The position numbers were made by a program, and so were the translations under genes. A stretch of 64,000 nucleotides of DNA from Patescibacteria group bacterium (GTDB lineage Bacteria; Patescibacteriota; Minisyncoccia; Phycocordibacterales; UBA1550), in the NCBI GenBank assembly GCA_038057125.1, contig JBBUDU010000002.1, positions 687 to 64,686 on the forward strand. The letters run 5' to 3'. Every line of letters begins with the position of its first letter. Positions within the stretch are counted from its first letter, which is position 1. The notes under the pieces are model-generated. The model saw only the letters and a list, made by a program, of their open reading frames with translations. It was not told where the DNA came from and did no database searches. This document shows positions 38,136 through 47,670 of this stretch, one piece after another.

Positions 38136-40895
38136 CTACTTACCACCACTAAACCGTCCCATAATCTCTGCCTCCACCTCCTCGCGCGGGGCACCGTATT
38201 TCAAATACGAAAGTTGTTTCAGCTTTTCCGCAAGTGCGGGGTCACCGTGTTCGGGCGGAAGCGTAGTGATATTGAAAGGTTTTGTCGGCTGTCCGTTTAC
38301 GAGCATACTCATGTACGCATTATAATTGTCGAGGCGCGTAATGTCCTGCGCGCTAAATGTAGGCTTAAATTTACTTTCCAAAAATTCCGCATCTTCGGGT
38401 CCCACGCGAAACGCCGCCAAGGATCCGACATTGCCAAAGACCGCGTTTTTAATTTCATCGGAAAGTTGTGCGATGTATTGATGCGCGATGTTCAAACTCA
38501 GGCGATACTTACGCGCCTCGGAGAGGATTGTTGCGATAGACGGCGTAGTCACATTTTGGAATTCATCAATATACAAATAAAAATCATTGGGCTTTTTGCC
38601 GGAGCCAAACATATCAACACGCGAGAGCGCCGCCATGGTGATTTTTCCCACGAGCACAAGTCCAATCAAATTTGCATTGATGTCGCCCAAGCGTCCTTTT
38701 GAAAGATTTACGAGGAGAATTTTCTTCTCGTCCATAATCTTTCTAAAATTAAAAACGGATTTCTGTTGGAGCACGACCGGACGCATGATTTCGTTTGAAA
38801 TAAACGGGTCGAACTTGCTTGAAATATACGGCACGAAGTTTGCGAGTCCTTGGTCGCCTGTCGTCTTTTCCGCGCTGGTCCAAAACTGCGTAATGATGGG
38901 GTTTTTACATTTTGCGAGTTTCATATCACGAAACGCTTTGTCAGAAAGCACGCGGGTGATTTCAAGAAGCGTACTACCCGATGCGGTATCCTCCATCACG
39001 AGCGCGGCCGCATTTCGGAAATACAGCTCAAACATCGCACCGCCGCCGACCTTCATGTCAAAGAGCTGATTAAAGATGTTCATCATTTCGTTCACGACGA
39101 ATGTTTTTTGCTCGGGAAAACGCTCATCATATTCAAGCATATTGAGACCCATAGGGCGAGCAGTGTACGAAGGGTCGAAATAAATAACATCGTCCACGCG
39201 CTCCGGCGGAATGAGCGAGAGAATATCCTGCACATCTGAGCCGTGCGGGTCAATGAAACACACCCCGTCACCATTGCGAATATCCTGAATAATCATATTC
39301 TTCAAAATATTAGTCTTGCCGGTGCCTGTCTGGCCGATGACATACATATGGCGCACGCGATCCTCGCGCCCCATGCGCACCATTGTCTCCTTGTTGTGAT
39401 AAATATTATTGCCGAGAATAATCCCCTCTTTCGGCGCGTCCATTGGAGCGGGAGCCACGCCCGCCTTTGCCTCTTTGAGCTCGGGCGAAGAAACTGCGGT
39501 AACGGGAAAGTGAAACATTGTCGCAAGCTCTTTCAAGTTGAGCGGAAAACTTTCTTTTTCACTAAACATACGAAATGAATAACGATGGACTGCCTCCATA
39601 AGCGCGTTCCCATTTGTCTCGCGCTTCCATTTGATTTCATTCGCCTGCGGTTTTCCAAATTGATTAAACGCACTTTCGAGTTCATTGAGAATAGCTTCCG
39701 CGCGCACCGATGTTTCGGCCGAGGCAATAATGCGGATGTTTGTATCAACAATCGGTGATGCTATTTTTTCTTCAATATTTTTTGCTGCTTCTTCGTCAAT
39801 GTTTTCGTCCTTCTTTCCGTTTATTCCAAAAATCATACCCTTCGCGACTTTCGCAAACTCGCTCGCGATTTTTGAGCCAGCTCCTTTAAACGCATCTTTT
39901 GGCTTAACTCCTTTTTTAACTTCGTCTAATACGCCTTTGTAATATGAATTAAAATATTTTCCCGCCGGGCGAATGATAAATTGCACCGCTACTCCCTCGC
40001 CGTTTCTATTTATTTTTGAAAATGCCGATAGGAGCACAGAGAGAGGGTCCTGCGTAAATGTTTCAAAAGTGCGAAGCGGATACGCCGCGATTCCGCCGGC
40101 TTCCGCTCTTGAAGCAATGCTCACCCCACTCTCATTAAACGGGTTGTAGTCCTCGCGATGTTCGCGAATTTTTGCATCCGGATATGCTGAAAGAACTTGT
40201 TTCTCAAAAAGATTTGCGTGCTCAAGCGGTATCGCCGAGTAAAAAACAATATGCTCGCTAAAATTTGAAAGAGCGAGCTCAAGAGTAAAATAGTTTTTAA
40301 TATCCCCAAAACCCGCTCTTGTGTTTTCGATTGAAAGCATTCCGGCATAAAAATGCTCCATACTCGAAACAAGTTGGGCAAAATCACGCTTCTCTCCTGA
40401 CGCGTCAATTGGTGGAAGCGTGATTTCATAAAGACGCATTGAAAGTGCGCGTGCGACCTCCTTATCTTTCGCAATTCCCGCAAAGTCTCCTGTCTCAAGG
40501 AGAAGCTGTACAAGCATTCGATGAAAATCATCCTCGAGATGCGGATTGTTCAGTTTTTCAAGGATAGACAATGCGTTCTTGATACCCCTTTTTTCTGCCA
40601 CACGCACAAGCTCTTCAATAGCCTCCTTGTGTTCAACACCAAGCTTCACAACATTAGTCTCAATATCAGCGACTTTCATCTGATAACTTTTGTCGAGGAC
40701 TACCTCTATTGGAGCACTGCGATACTCGGCTACCTTCGCGCGGGCAACCTCCTCGCGCGCTTCCAAGGTACGCTCTGGCGAGCCGGGAGCGATACCTAGC
40801 GCTCGTTCCTTGTCCGCAATCTGCGCGCGCAAATAGATAATCTCCTCATTCGGTGACCGAAACTGCTTTCCTAGACTTCCGTATTCGGGGTTCAT
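38136..40895 (-). CDS. TraD/VirD4 (HerA-FtsK superfamily) ATPase, CPR-type
   Basis: HMYVIGQTGTGKT, FIDPHG, YIDEFQN, SEARKYRL..AHQ. Confidence 0.9.
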   Translation of the reverse strand: MNPEYGSLGKQFRSPNEEIIYLRAQIADKERALGIAPGSPERTLEAREEVARAKVAEYRSAPIEVVLDKSYQMKVADIETNVVKLGVEHKEAIEELVRVAEKRGIKNALSILEKLNNPHLEDDFHRMLVQLLLETGDFAGIAKDKEVARALSMRLYEITLPPIDASGEKRDFAQLVSSMEHFYAGMLSIENTRAGFGDIKNYFTLELALSNFSEHIVFYSAIPLEHANLFEKQVLSAYPDAKIREHREDYNPFNESGVSIASRAEAGGIAAYPLRTFETFTQDPLSVLLSAFSKINRNGEGVAVQFIIRPAGKYFNSYYKGVLDEVKKGVKPKDAFKGAGSKIASEFAKVAKGMIFGINGKKDENIDEEAAKNIEEKIASPIVDTNIRIIASAETSVRAEAILNELESAFNQFGKPQANEIKWKRETNGNALMEAVHRYSFRMFSEKESFPLNLKELATMFHFPVTAVSSPELKEAKAGVAPAPMDAPKEGIILGNNIYHNKETMVRMGREDRVRHMYVIGQTGTGKTNILKNMIIQDIRNGDGVCFIDPHGSDVQDILSLIPPERVDDVIYFDPSYTARPMGLNMLEYDERFPEQKTFVVNEMMNIFNQLFDMKVGGGAMFELYFRNAAALVMEDTASGSTLLEITRVLSDKAFRDMKLAKCKNPIITQFWTSAEKTTGDQGLANFVPYISSKFDPFISNEIMRPVVLQQKSVFNFRKIMDEKKILLVNLSKGRLGDINANLIGLVLVGKITMAALSRVDMFGSGKKPNDFYLYIDEFQNVTTPSIATILSEARKYRLSLNIAHQYIAQLSDEIKNAVFGNVGSLAAFRVGPEDAEFLESKFKPTFSAQDITRLDNYNAYMSMLVNGQPTKPFNITTLPPEHGDPALAEKLKQLSYLKYGAPREEVEAEIMGRFSGGK

Positions 40896-40936
40896 ATTGC
40901 TCCAATTGTAACATATATATGCCCATGCTGGTCTAT

Positions 40937-41042
40937 ATTAGCTCCTCGGCTCGGAAATAAAAAAAATAATTCTCACAATACCATGCTATCGCGCGGTATT
41001 GTGAGAATTACTTTTTTATTCCACTCGCTCTACGTCGCTAAT
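40937..41042 (+). repeat. Family B element copy 2 (expanded central stem)
   Basis: Same ends as the other copies; centre AATTCTCACAATACC/GGTATTGTGAGAATT. Confidence 0.85.
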
Positions 41043-41088
41043 AACCCATCCTAAAAACGAAAAAACTGACCGAAACCGGATTACTCGT

Positions 41089-42300
41089 TTACATTGCTGA
41101 CAGCTTGTCAAAAACCCGCTCTTTCATATTGCGCGCAATAAGAGACCAATCATATTTTTCAGCTACCAATGTGCGTCCGTTTACAAAAAGGCGATTACGA
41201 AGCGTGGGGTCGCTTCGTAAACGCTCTATCTGCATTGCAATACTTGCAGGGTCATTGATGTTCGCAAAAAGTCCAGTTGGCTCATGGTCCGGATTTTGCT
41301 CAGGGTCAAACAAAAAATCCGGAATACCGCCCACGGGAGTGGCAATAACGGAAACACCTGCCGCCATTGCTTCGAGAAACGAATTACCCAACCCCTCGGA
41401 GCGCGACGGCCGAATAAAAACATCCGACACCTTGAGATATCTTGGCATCTCATTATGGAGTACCTGCCCGAGAAATTGCACACGATCCCCGACACCTTTT
41501 TCTTTTGCGAGTTTGCGAAGCATTGCTTCATCGGGTCCAATACCAAGAATCAAAAATTTTACTTCACTGGGAAGGAGCGGAAGCGCGCGAATAACCTCAT
41601 CCACCGCATTCTTTGACACCATGCGCGAAGTGGTAATGAGAAAAAAATCACCATCTTTCTTGCCAAGCCTATGCTTCAAAATAGATAGTTCTTTTTCTGG
41701 GTACTCCTGCGCAAAATGCGACACATTTACCGCATTTGGCACAACCTCGAGCGGTCCCACATATCCCATATTGCGCGCAAAACCCGCAAGATAATGAGAT
41801 ATTGTCTGCACAAAATCAGCGTGAGAAAAAATACGCCTGAAAAGCGGGTATACGAACCGCACACGATGGTTTATGTATGTAATCGGGTCGCTCTCTTGAA
41901 GAGTCAATAAAAAACGTATGCGCGGATATCGCATTTTGAAGAAGAGCGCCGCAAAGCCGGCATAGTTCGCCATCATCGCCCAAACACTATCGTAATGGTT
42001 CTTCTTGTGGAGTTTGCGCGCTTTCAAAAATCCAAGAATCGGGAAAAAATACTTATTGAGCGCTAGCGGAAACTTCACTAAATCCGCTATTTCAGGATGC
42101 ATGCGAGTAAACCCTATGCGGTACACGTTCACATTTCCCATTCGCTCAAACTTCGGAAGAGCAGAGTCAAAACGAAGCGTTACCATATCAAACACAATGT
42201 CCTCGGGCGATATACGGTCTGTGATTTCTTTTATCGCAACCTCCGCCCCGCTGACGACATCAGGATAGTATGCAAGTGAAAAAATAAGAATGCGTTTCAT
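41089..42300 (-). CDS. GT4 glycosyltransferase
   Basis: SGAE, VPNAV, PSRSEGLGNSFLEAMAAG. Confidence 0.93.
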   Translation of the reverse strand: MKRILIFSLAYYPDVVSGAEVAIKEITDRISPEDIVFDMVTLRFDSALPKFERMGNVNVYRIGFTRMHPEIADLVKFPLALNKYFFPILGFLKARKLHKKNHYDSVWAMMANYAGFAALFFKMRYPRIRFLLTLQESDPITYINHRVRFVYPLFRRIFSHADFVQTISHYLAGFARNMGYVGPLEVVPNAVNVSHFAQEYPEKELSILKHRLGKKDGDFFLITTSRMVSKNAVDEVIRALPLLPSEVKFLILGIGPDEAMLRKLAKEKGVGDRVQFLGQVLHNEMPRYLKVSDVFIRPSRSEGLGNSFLEAMAAGVSVIATPVGGIPDFLFDPEQNPDHEPTGLFANINDPASIAMQIERLRSDPTLRNRLFVNGRTLVAEKYDWSLIARNMKERVFDKLSAM

Positions 42301-42381
42301 CCCGTTAGAAGTTCCCCACGATTAGCTGGCAATGGTTCAAATAAATCATATTGTTTAAATGTCTGATACTTCTAACGGGAT
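42299..42381. mobile_element. MITE-like element abutting the glycosyltransferase start codon
   Basis: 14-bp IR ATCCCGTTAGAAGT/ACTTCTAACGGGAT; minus strand reads ...AACGGG-ATG. Confidence 0.65.
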
Positions 42382-42398
42382 TTATGGCTCAATAGAAC

Positions 42399-43094
42399 TC
42401 AATATCCTCCGCGTTCAGTAACTGTTGCGTAGTAAGTGACATAATAAGTCGGATACCAGCATTTTAATATCCCATTCTTGTACCAGCACTCTTTACCGTA
42501 GGTACTTCCTGTGCAAGACTCGGTGGGAGTATCGGAGAAAGCATGACTGCCAGTATTGCAACCAGTTTGCGTTATTATGTAGTTCCATCCCTCGGGAGCT
42601 TGGACGAAGCCGTCACCATACACATTTTGTGTTGTGGTCCAATTTAGCGGATACTGCGTCCATCCAGAAGGGAATGAAGGAGCGAAAGCACAAATATTCT
42701 TCGCTTCGCCTATTTCGCGCACAGTCCCGCCTGCCGTGATGCAGTCTCTAAATGTATGAATTGCCCGTATAATGAGGCCTCTAGGCTCAGATGTAAGGGA
42801 GCCCAAACATATGGTCGTAGTACCGACCACCGTGCAAACATTACCAGTCACATTAATATTTCCTATTACCGTGAGTGGCGCTGGTGTGACTGCTGTTCCA
42901 ATGGTGAGTGAGCCGAGTTTTACCTGTGGTGGTATTGTTGCACTCGTGGTGATTGGTGCAGAAATATTCCCAGCCGGCGGAGTTGCTGTCGGTGCCGCCC
43001 ATACGAGAGCATAGCTCAACCCCATAGCGAGAATAACAGCGAGAGAAAAAAGTTTGAGAGCGTTTAGCAGTTTGGTTACAGTGTTGGTTTTCAT
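42399..43094 (-). CDS. Secreted Cys-rich protein, paralog 1
   Basis: Signal peptide, PTATPPAGN..API, conserved GWTQY/CNTGSH/TPTESC scaffold. Confidence 0.85.
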   Translation of the reverse strand: MKTNTVTKLLNALKLFSLAVILAMGLSYALVWAAPTATPPAGNISAPITTSATIPPQVKLGSLTIGTAVTPAPLTVIGNINVTGNVCTVVGTTTICLGSLTSEPRGLIIRAIHTFRDCITAGGTVREIGEAKNICAFAPSFPSGWTQYPLNWTTTQNVYGDGFVQAPEGWNYIITQTGCNTGSHAFSDTPTESCTGSTYGKECWYKNGILKCWYPTYYVTYYATVTERGGY

Positions 43095-43664
43095 GAAAAA
43101 TTGTTTAGTATCGCTTTCTTTAATTAAATAAAAGCAGTGTGCTCACTCTTATAATGACAAACGAGGAGCGCGTGGACAAGTAGTCTCGTACACAGCGTCC
43201 GAGTGATGTCATTATATGTACTCATATATTAGCTCCTCGGCTCGAAAATGACAAGAGTACTTTTCATTTCTCTCGCTCTACGTCGCTAATCACTATCTGG
43301 CATTTTCCGCAAGAGCTTCCAGAATCTTTAGTTTCTCGGCGGTGGTAGTGACTGTGTCTGCGGGGGCTCGTTTTGCAATAGCGCTCAAAATACGCATCTT
43401 TTCAACTTGGGATGTCGTGTCTTTTGGGATTGCTTGCGCTAGGTCTGTCAAAATCTTCATTCTTTCTTCATGCGTGTAAACTCTCTTTTCGATGATAGCT
43501 GTTTTTACTTCTGTCTGTGGCGTGTACCACTTTTTTACAAAGAGAACTCCAGCAACAACCAAGACCGCTACAAGAGCGATTGTTAAAAACTTCTTTCCGC
43601 CTCCACTCTGTGTTGTTTCTTCTGTATCCACATATCAAGTATACCCTTGCATATGCTTTTTGTA
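43053..43664. repeat. About 610-bp direct repeat, copy 1 (contains family A 43150-43216 and family B 43228-43290)
   Basis: Near-identical intergenic DNA and gene ends at about 47629-48243. Confidence 0.9.
43293..43631 (-). CDS. Small membrane-anchored protein with three E(K/R)(M/L)(K/R)IL repeats, paralog 1
   Basis: TM followed by ERMKIL/EKMRIL/EKLKIL; paralog at 47869. Confidence 0.85.
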   Translation of the reverse strand: MDTEETTQSGGGKKFLTIALVAVLVVAGVLFVKKWYTPQTEVKTAIIEKRVYTHEERMKILTDLAQAIPKDTTSQVEKMRILSAIAKRAPADTVTTTAEKLKILEALAENAR

Positions 43665-43740
43665 AACAACTTGTACAGTTAACCTTATGAGGTATTCTAT
43701 CAACTAACAGGTGTTGCACTTCAGGGTTGAATGTACCCAA

Positions 43741-43777
43741 GGGGGGGGTTGACAAAAAGGTGCAAAGTGTGTATACT
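43741..43777 (+). promoter_or_regulatory. Sigma70 promoter preceded by a G8 run
   Basis: GGGGGGGG-TTGACA-17 nt-TATACT; SD AAGGAGG before 43813. Confidence 0.8.
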
Positions 43778-43812
43778 TTCCCTATACAATTCTTTATAGA
43801 AGGAGGTTCCAA

Positions 43813-44403
43813 ATGACTACGTTTCTTGAAAATCGTCGTATCAGATTGCGCCCTGTTGAAGAAAAAGATCTACCAACTCTATACATGTGGAGAAATGAAT
43901 TTGATTTTTTAAGTTTATTTTCTCCGCATCGAAACATTATAAACTACGAAAAGTTTGTAGTTGAACACAAGAGAGATACAGATAAATCACGACATATACA
44001 GTTTGTCGTGGAATCTATTAGGGGGAATGCTGCTGTCGGCATTGCCTATTCATATAATCTCAGTACCACGGACGGTTATGTATTTTTGGGAGGTTATATT
44101 GCAAAGACATCTCGTGGGAATGGGTACGGAGCAATCGCTATGGCTATGGTAATCTCATACCTCTTTCAATTTTTCCCGCTTCATAAAATATATTTTGAAG
44201 TCTATGAATACAACGAGCAATCAATCTCAATGCTTCAAAATTTTGGCTTCGTTGAAGAGGGGAGGTTCAAGGGTCATCGCTTTTATGATGGTAAGAGGCA
44301 TGATGTATTGAGGTTTGCGCTCTATCGGGATGAGTTGGACAAAGTTAAGTCGCTACTTTCAAGGATTAGTAGAACACTATATAAAGACTTGGCAAGAATG
44401 TAA
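43813..44403 (+). CDS. GNAT acetyltransferase, RimJ/RimL type
   Basis: IRLRPVEEKD, SRGNGYG, LHKIYFEVYEYN, GFVEEG. Confidence 0.9.
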   Translation: MTTFLENRRIRLRPVEEKDLPTLYMWRNEFDFLSLFSPHRNIINYEKFVVEHKRDTDKSRHIQFVVESIRGNAAVGIAYSYNLSTTDGYVFLGGYIAKTSRGNGYGAIAMAMVISYLFQFFPLHKIYFEVYEYNEQSISMLQNFGFVEEGRFKGHRFYDGKRHDVLRFALYRDELDKVKSLLSRISRTLYKDLARM

Positions 44404-44477
44404 CTAGTATGCTAAGTTAGTAAAAGATTCATTGACGGGCGTCAGTGGACATAATCAACTCCATAAAAGGAGACATC

Positions 44478-44621
44478 ATGAAAAAGCAGATAGGTTCCCC
44501 ATTTCACTGTGCAGTTGGCGGCGGTGATGGGGACGGTCGTGACGGAGAGCAAGAGGACGGAACAGGTCCAGCGAGTCCTGACCCAGGCGGGGATGAAGGC
44601 GACGGCAACAACGGTGATTAA
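44478..44621 (+). CDS. 47-aa Gly/Asp-rich peptide (not in the ORF track)
   Basis: AAGGAG SD; MKKQIGSPFHCAVGGGDGDGRDGEQEDGTGPASPDPGGDEGDGNNGD; terminator hairpin 44640-44676. Confidence 0.65.
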   Translation: MKKQIGSPFHCAVGGGDGDGRDGEQEDGTGPASPDPGGDEGDGNNGD

Positions 44622-44674
44622 TCACCAAGAAGTAGTACGAAGTCCCTCGTGTGTGAACAACACGAGGGACTTTT

Positions 44675-45307
44675 TTATTTGTACATTTTTATAAATTGCT
44701 CAATCAATTCTCTGTGCCCACGCTCCTCCACAATTTTCAACGCGCGGATATAATCTTTCGATTTTGTTGTACTAATATATTTTTCAAATCTTTCTTTATC
44801 ATTCAATACTTCCAAATAAATATATCTAAGAACTGCATATACAATAACATGAACTTGTGTGACATGGCTTTCATTTGGGAACATTTTTTCTTCGATGCTT
44901 ATAGGGACTTTCTCACCATTGTCAGTTAAAATAACGTGTATTAGTTCATGAATTAGTGTGTCTACAAAACGAGCAGGATTACTATAATCACCCTTGATAA
45001 CGAGTGGCTCACTCAATTGTCTCGGATTCCCGCTTACAATATAGACAGGAATAACATTTCTATAGAAATCTAATCTAAGGATATTACAGATACCTCGAAG
45101 TATCTTTTCTTCGTCTCTCTTCCATTCTTTGCGGAATAACTTTATGTTTTCATCTAGTTTTTCACGCGACATTGGTACCCAGTCACCCCACCCTTTTTTC
45201 AGTTCAGGATTATTTTGGCAATAAAAAATAAAGATAGGGTCAAGGAGTTTGCTGTACCGTATGATAATTTGAGGTAATTTTTTTCGGAATTTGAATAAAT
45301 GTAGCAT
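44675..45307 (-). CDS. Hypothetical protein with HExxH zincin motif
   Basis: DTLIHELIH; AT-rich gene; start uncertain. Confidence 0.7.
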   Translation of the reverse strand: MLHLFKFRKKLPQIIIRYSKLLDPIFIFYCQNNPELKKGWGDWVPMSREKLDENIKLFRKEWKRDEEKILRGICNILRLDFYRNVIPVYIVSGNPRQLSEPLVIKGDYSNPARFVDTLIHELIHVILTDNGEKVPISIEEKMFPNESHVTQVHVIVYAVLRYIYLEVLNDKERFEKYISTTKSKDYIRALKIVEERGHRELIEQFIKMYK

Positions 45308-45496
45308 TCTTGTTTTGTTCACACATTGTAACATCATAATAATGTAAGCTCAAACCCCAAGTAACTTATCTGGAGAAAATGGGATGACTTAGCGCGTATC
45401 GTGTTCCCGTTCTCCATTGAAAGGAGGGTGCAAGTCACGATTGTTCATTTTCTCAAATAGAAAAGCGACTACATTTCGTTGGAAATTTACCATCAC

Positions 45497-45532
45497 GGGG
45501 GGGTTGACAAATTCAAGTAACTGGTATATCAT
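45497..45532 (+). promoter_or_regulatory. Sigma70 promoter preceded by a G7 run
   Basis: GGGGGGG-TTGACA-17 nt-TATCAT. Confidence 0.7.
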
Positions 45533-45633
45533 TAAAAGTGGATTGAGTTATTTGTTAATTAAATCACTCTCTGTCAACATTGTGTTGATTGAGTAGAGAA
45601 ATCTTACGTTTCACCTACAAAAGGAGTCTCGTC

Positions 45634-46893
45634 ATGAAAAACCTATTGAAGTTGCTTGGCATTTTTGCTTTTGCGATTGTTGCCACCGCATGCGGTGGTG
45701 GCGGTGGAGGTGGAGGAGGCGGAACGGCGGGGACATCTCCGCCCCCGCCGCCTATTCCGACTTACAGCATTTCCGGCACGACGATTGCCAATGCGGTGAT
45801 CAGCGTTAGCGGACCAACAACAGCAATAGCTGTGGCTGATGCGGGTGGTAATTACAGCTTGCTTCTCGCAAACGGTCTTTACACATTCGCGCCAACTCTT
45901 GCGGGGTATGTCTTTAGTCCAGTGAGCAGAGAGGTGGGCGTGAACGGCGCAAATGTTTCGGGAGTTAATTTTTCCGCGACAATAGCGCCACCGCCGCCAG
46001 TGCCATTAACAGGCAAACTTGTGTATCCGGTGAAGATTATTACTGTATTTGACTACGTCTATTTAATGGATTTGGCAACGACGGTAACAACCAACGTTGG
46101 ACTTATTGACGTTAATCGAACGCTTGAGTTTACATTCGTTACAAATCGTACGAATAACCTTTTGGTGTACAATGCAAGCTATCCGACCTCAAAAAGCGAA
46201 TACTTCATTGGCATCGCAAAGATTCCATTGGTAGTGAACGCGCTTCCAGTTCAGGTAGTCTACGGCCATATTGATTGGACACCAGGATGCTCAAGCGTAC
46301 CACAGGGAAGCTTCGATCTCACGCAGAACGCGGATGTCGTAGTTTTTTCAAGCGTTTGTTCTGCAGTGCCGAATGGAAATGACATCGTTTTGATGCTTAT
46401 GGACGGATCTATGTTCTGGGTACGAGTTACCAGTGGCCCTGATCTGGATACATCACCAGCGATGTGTAGCGCAGGCGACAAGAACAGTGTGTTAACTGTG
46501 TGTTTCGTCAGAAACGGCACTGAAATACGGAAACAGGTTGTTGATCCGACGAACGATTCACTGATCGGGCCTTCAACTGTTCTCGTTAGTAATATCATGG
46601 ATGGTAAACGCGCTATGTCAGTCAACCCCACCTATACGCATCTGGCATTTATGAAAAATGTGGGTGGAGTACCTCACATTACAGTGATGCCTTTGTCTGG
46701 TGGTGTGGAAGTTGATCTGGTACCTGGCTCCAATCCATACTGGGCGCTCGATGGCAGTAACAGAATTATGTATACTGCAAACGGGTCTCGGTGGGCAATA
46801 AACCAGGATGGGACAGGGAATATGCAATTACCAACTCCAGGTAACTTAACAGGAAGTGTAGATCAGCTCGTATTTGGTCCGGCTGGATTCTAA
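45634..46893 (+). CDS. Putative lipoprotein: beta-sandwich plus TolB-like propeller
   Basis: AAGGAG SD; lipobox-like ATA-C followed by poly-Gly/Pro linker; DTSPA, NPYWALDG, WAINQDGT repeats; terminator 46927-46958. Confidence 0.8.
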   Translation: MKNLLKLLGIFAFAIVATACGGGGGGGGGGTAGTSPPPPPIPTYSISGTTIANAVISVSGPTTAIAVADAGGNYSLLLANGLYTFAPTLAGYVFSPVSREVGVNGANVSGVNFSATIAPPPPVPLTGKLVYPVKIITVFDYVYLMDLATTVTTNVGLIDVNRTLEFTFVTNRTNNLLVYNASYPTSKSEYFIGIAKIPLVVNALPVQVVYGHIDWTPGCSSVPQGSFDLTQNADVVVFSSVCSAVPNGNDIVLMLMDGSMFWVRVTSGPDLDTSPAMCSAGDKNSVLTVCFVRNGTEIRKQVVDPTNDSLIGPSTVLVSNIMDGKRAMSVNPTYTHLAFMKNVGGVPHITVMPLSGGVEVDLVPGSNPYWALDGSNRIMYTANGSRWAINQDGTGNMQLPTPGNLTGSVDQLVFGPAGF

Positions 46894-46977
46894 ATTATCA
46901 CTAGCTAGGATTGAAGCAGTAAATTAAAAAACCCAGTCTCTTTAAGAGACTGGGTTTTCTTTTTTGTCACGGAAAAA

Positions 46978-47670
46978 TTAGTACGCCCCTCTTTCAATAA
47001 CGGTCGCGTAGCAGGTGGTTGAAGTGGTTGCGGGGTCATTGAAGCAGTCATACCAGCTGTTTCGATAATCACACACAACTATAGTGCCGGTAGAAGTTGA
47101 AATACAAGACTCTGTGGGAGTGTTAGAAAAAGTATGACTACCTGTATTACATGGGCTTGTCGTCCAACCAATTGGAGTTGGGTCTACACAATATACATTT
47201 TGGGTGGTGGTCCAATTTGACGGATACTGCGTCCACCCAGCAATCAAAGAAGGAAGCCTGCAAACATATTTCGCGGCGTCTATTTCATGCGTGGTTCCAC
47301 CTGCGGCGGTACAGTCTGTAGAAGTGTGAGCTGCGCGGATAAGGAAAGGCTGACCAACATATGAGGTGGAAGTGGCGTTCGCGTTGCTCAAACATCTTCC
47401 TCCAGATATACCCGTGCAGATATCCGCCGTTCCGCTCATGGTACCAAACACCGAAAGTGTCTGTGGCGAAAGTGCTGTTCCGATGGTAAGCGCCCCTGCT
47501 TTCACCTGCGCATCAGCACTTATGTTTATAGGCTTCGGCGCGTTCCCAGCCGGAGGGTTTGCTGGTGCTCCAACCCACGTGGCGGCATAACTCACGCCAA
47601 ACGAAAGAACAGCTACGAGAACGAAAAATTTGAGAGCGTTTAGCAGTTTGGTTACAATGTTGGTTTTCAT
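46978..47670 (-). CDS. Secreted Cys-rich protein, paralog 2
   Basis: Same scaffold as 42399-43094. Confidence 0.85.
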   Translation of the reverse strand: MKTNIVTKLLNALKFFVLVAVLSFGVSYAATWVGAPANPPAGNAPKPINISADAQVKAGALTIGTALSPQTLSVFGTMSGTADICTGISGGRCLSNANATSTSYVGQPFLIRAAHTSTDCTAAGGTTHEIDAAKYVCRLPSLIAGWTQYPSNWTTTQNVYCVDPTPIGWTTSPCNTGSHTFSNTPTESCISTSTGTIVVCDYRNSWYDCFNDPATTSTTCYATVIERGAY

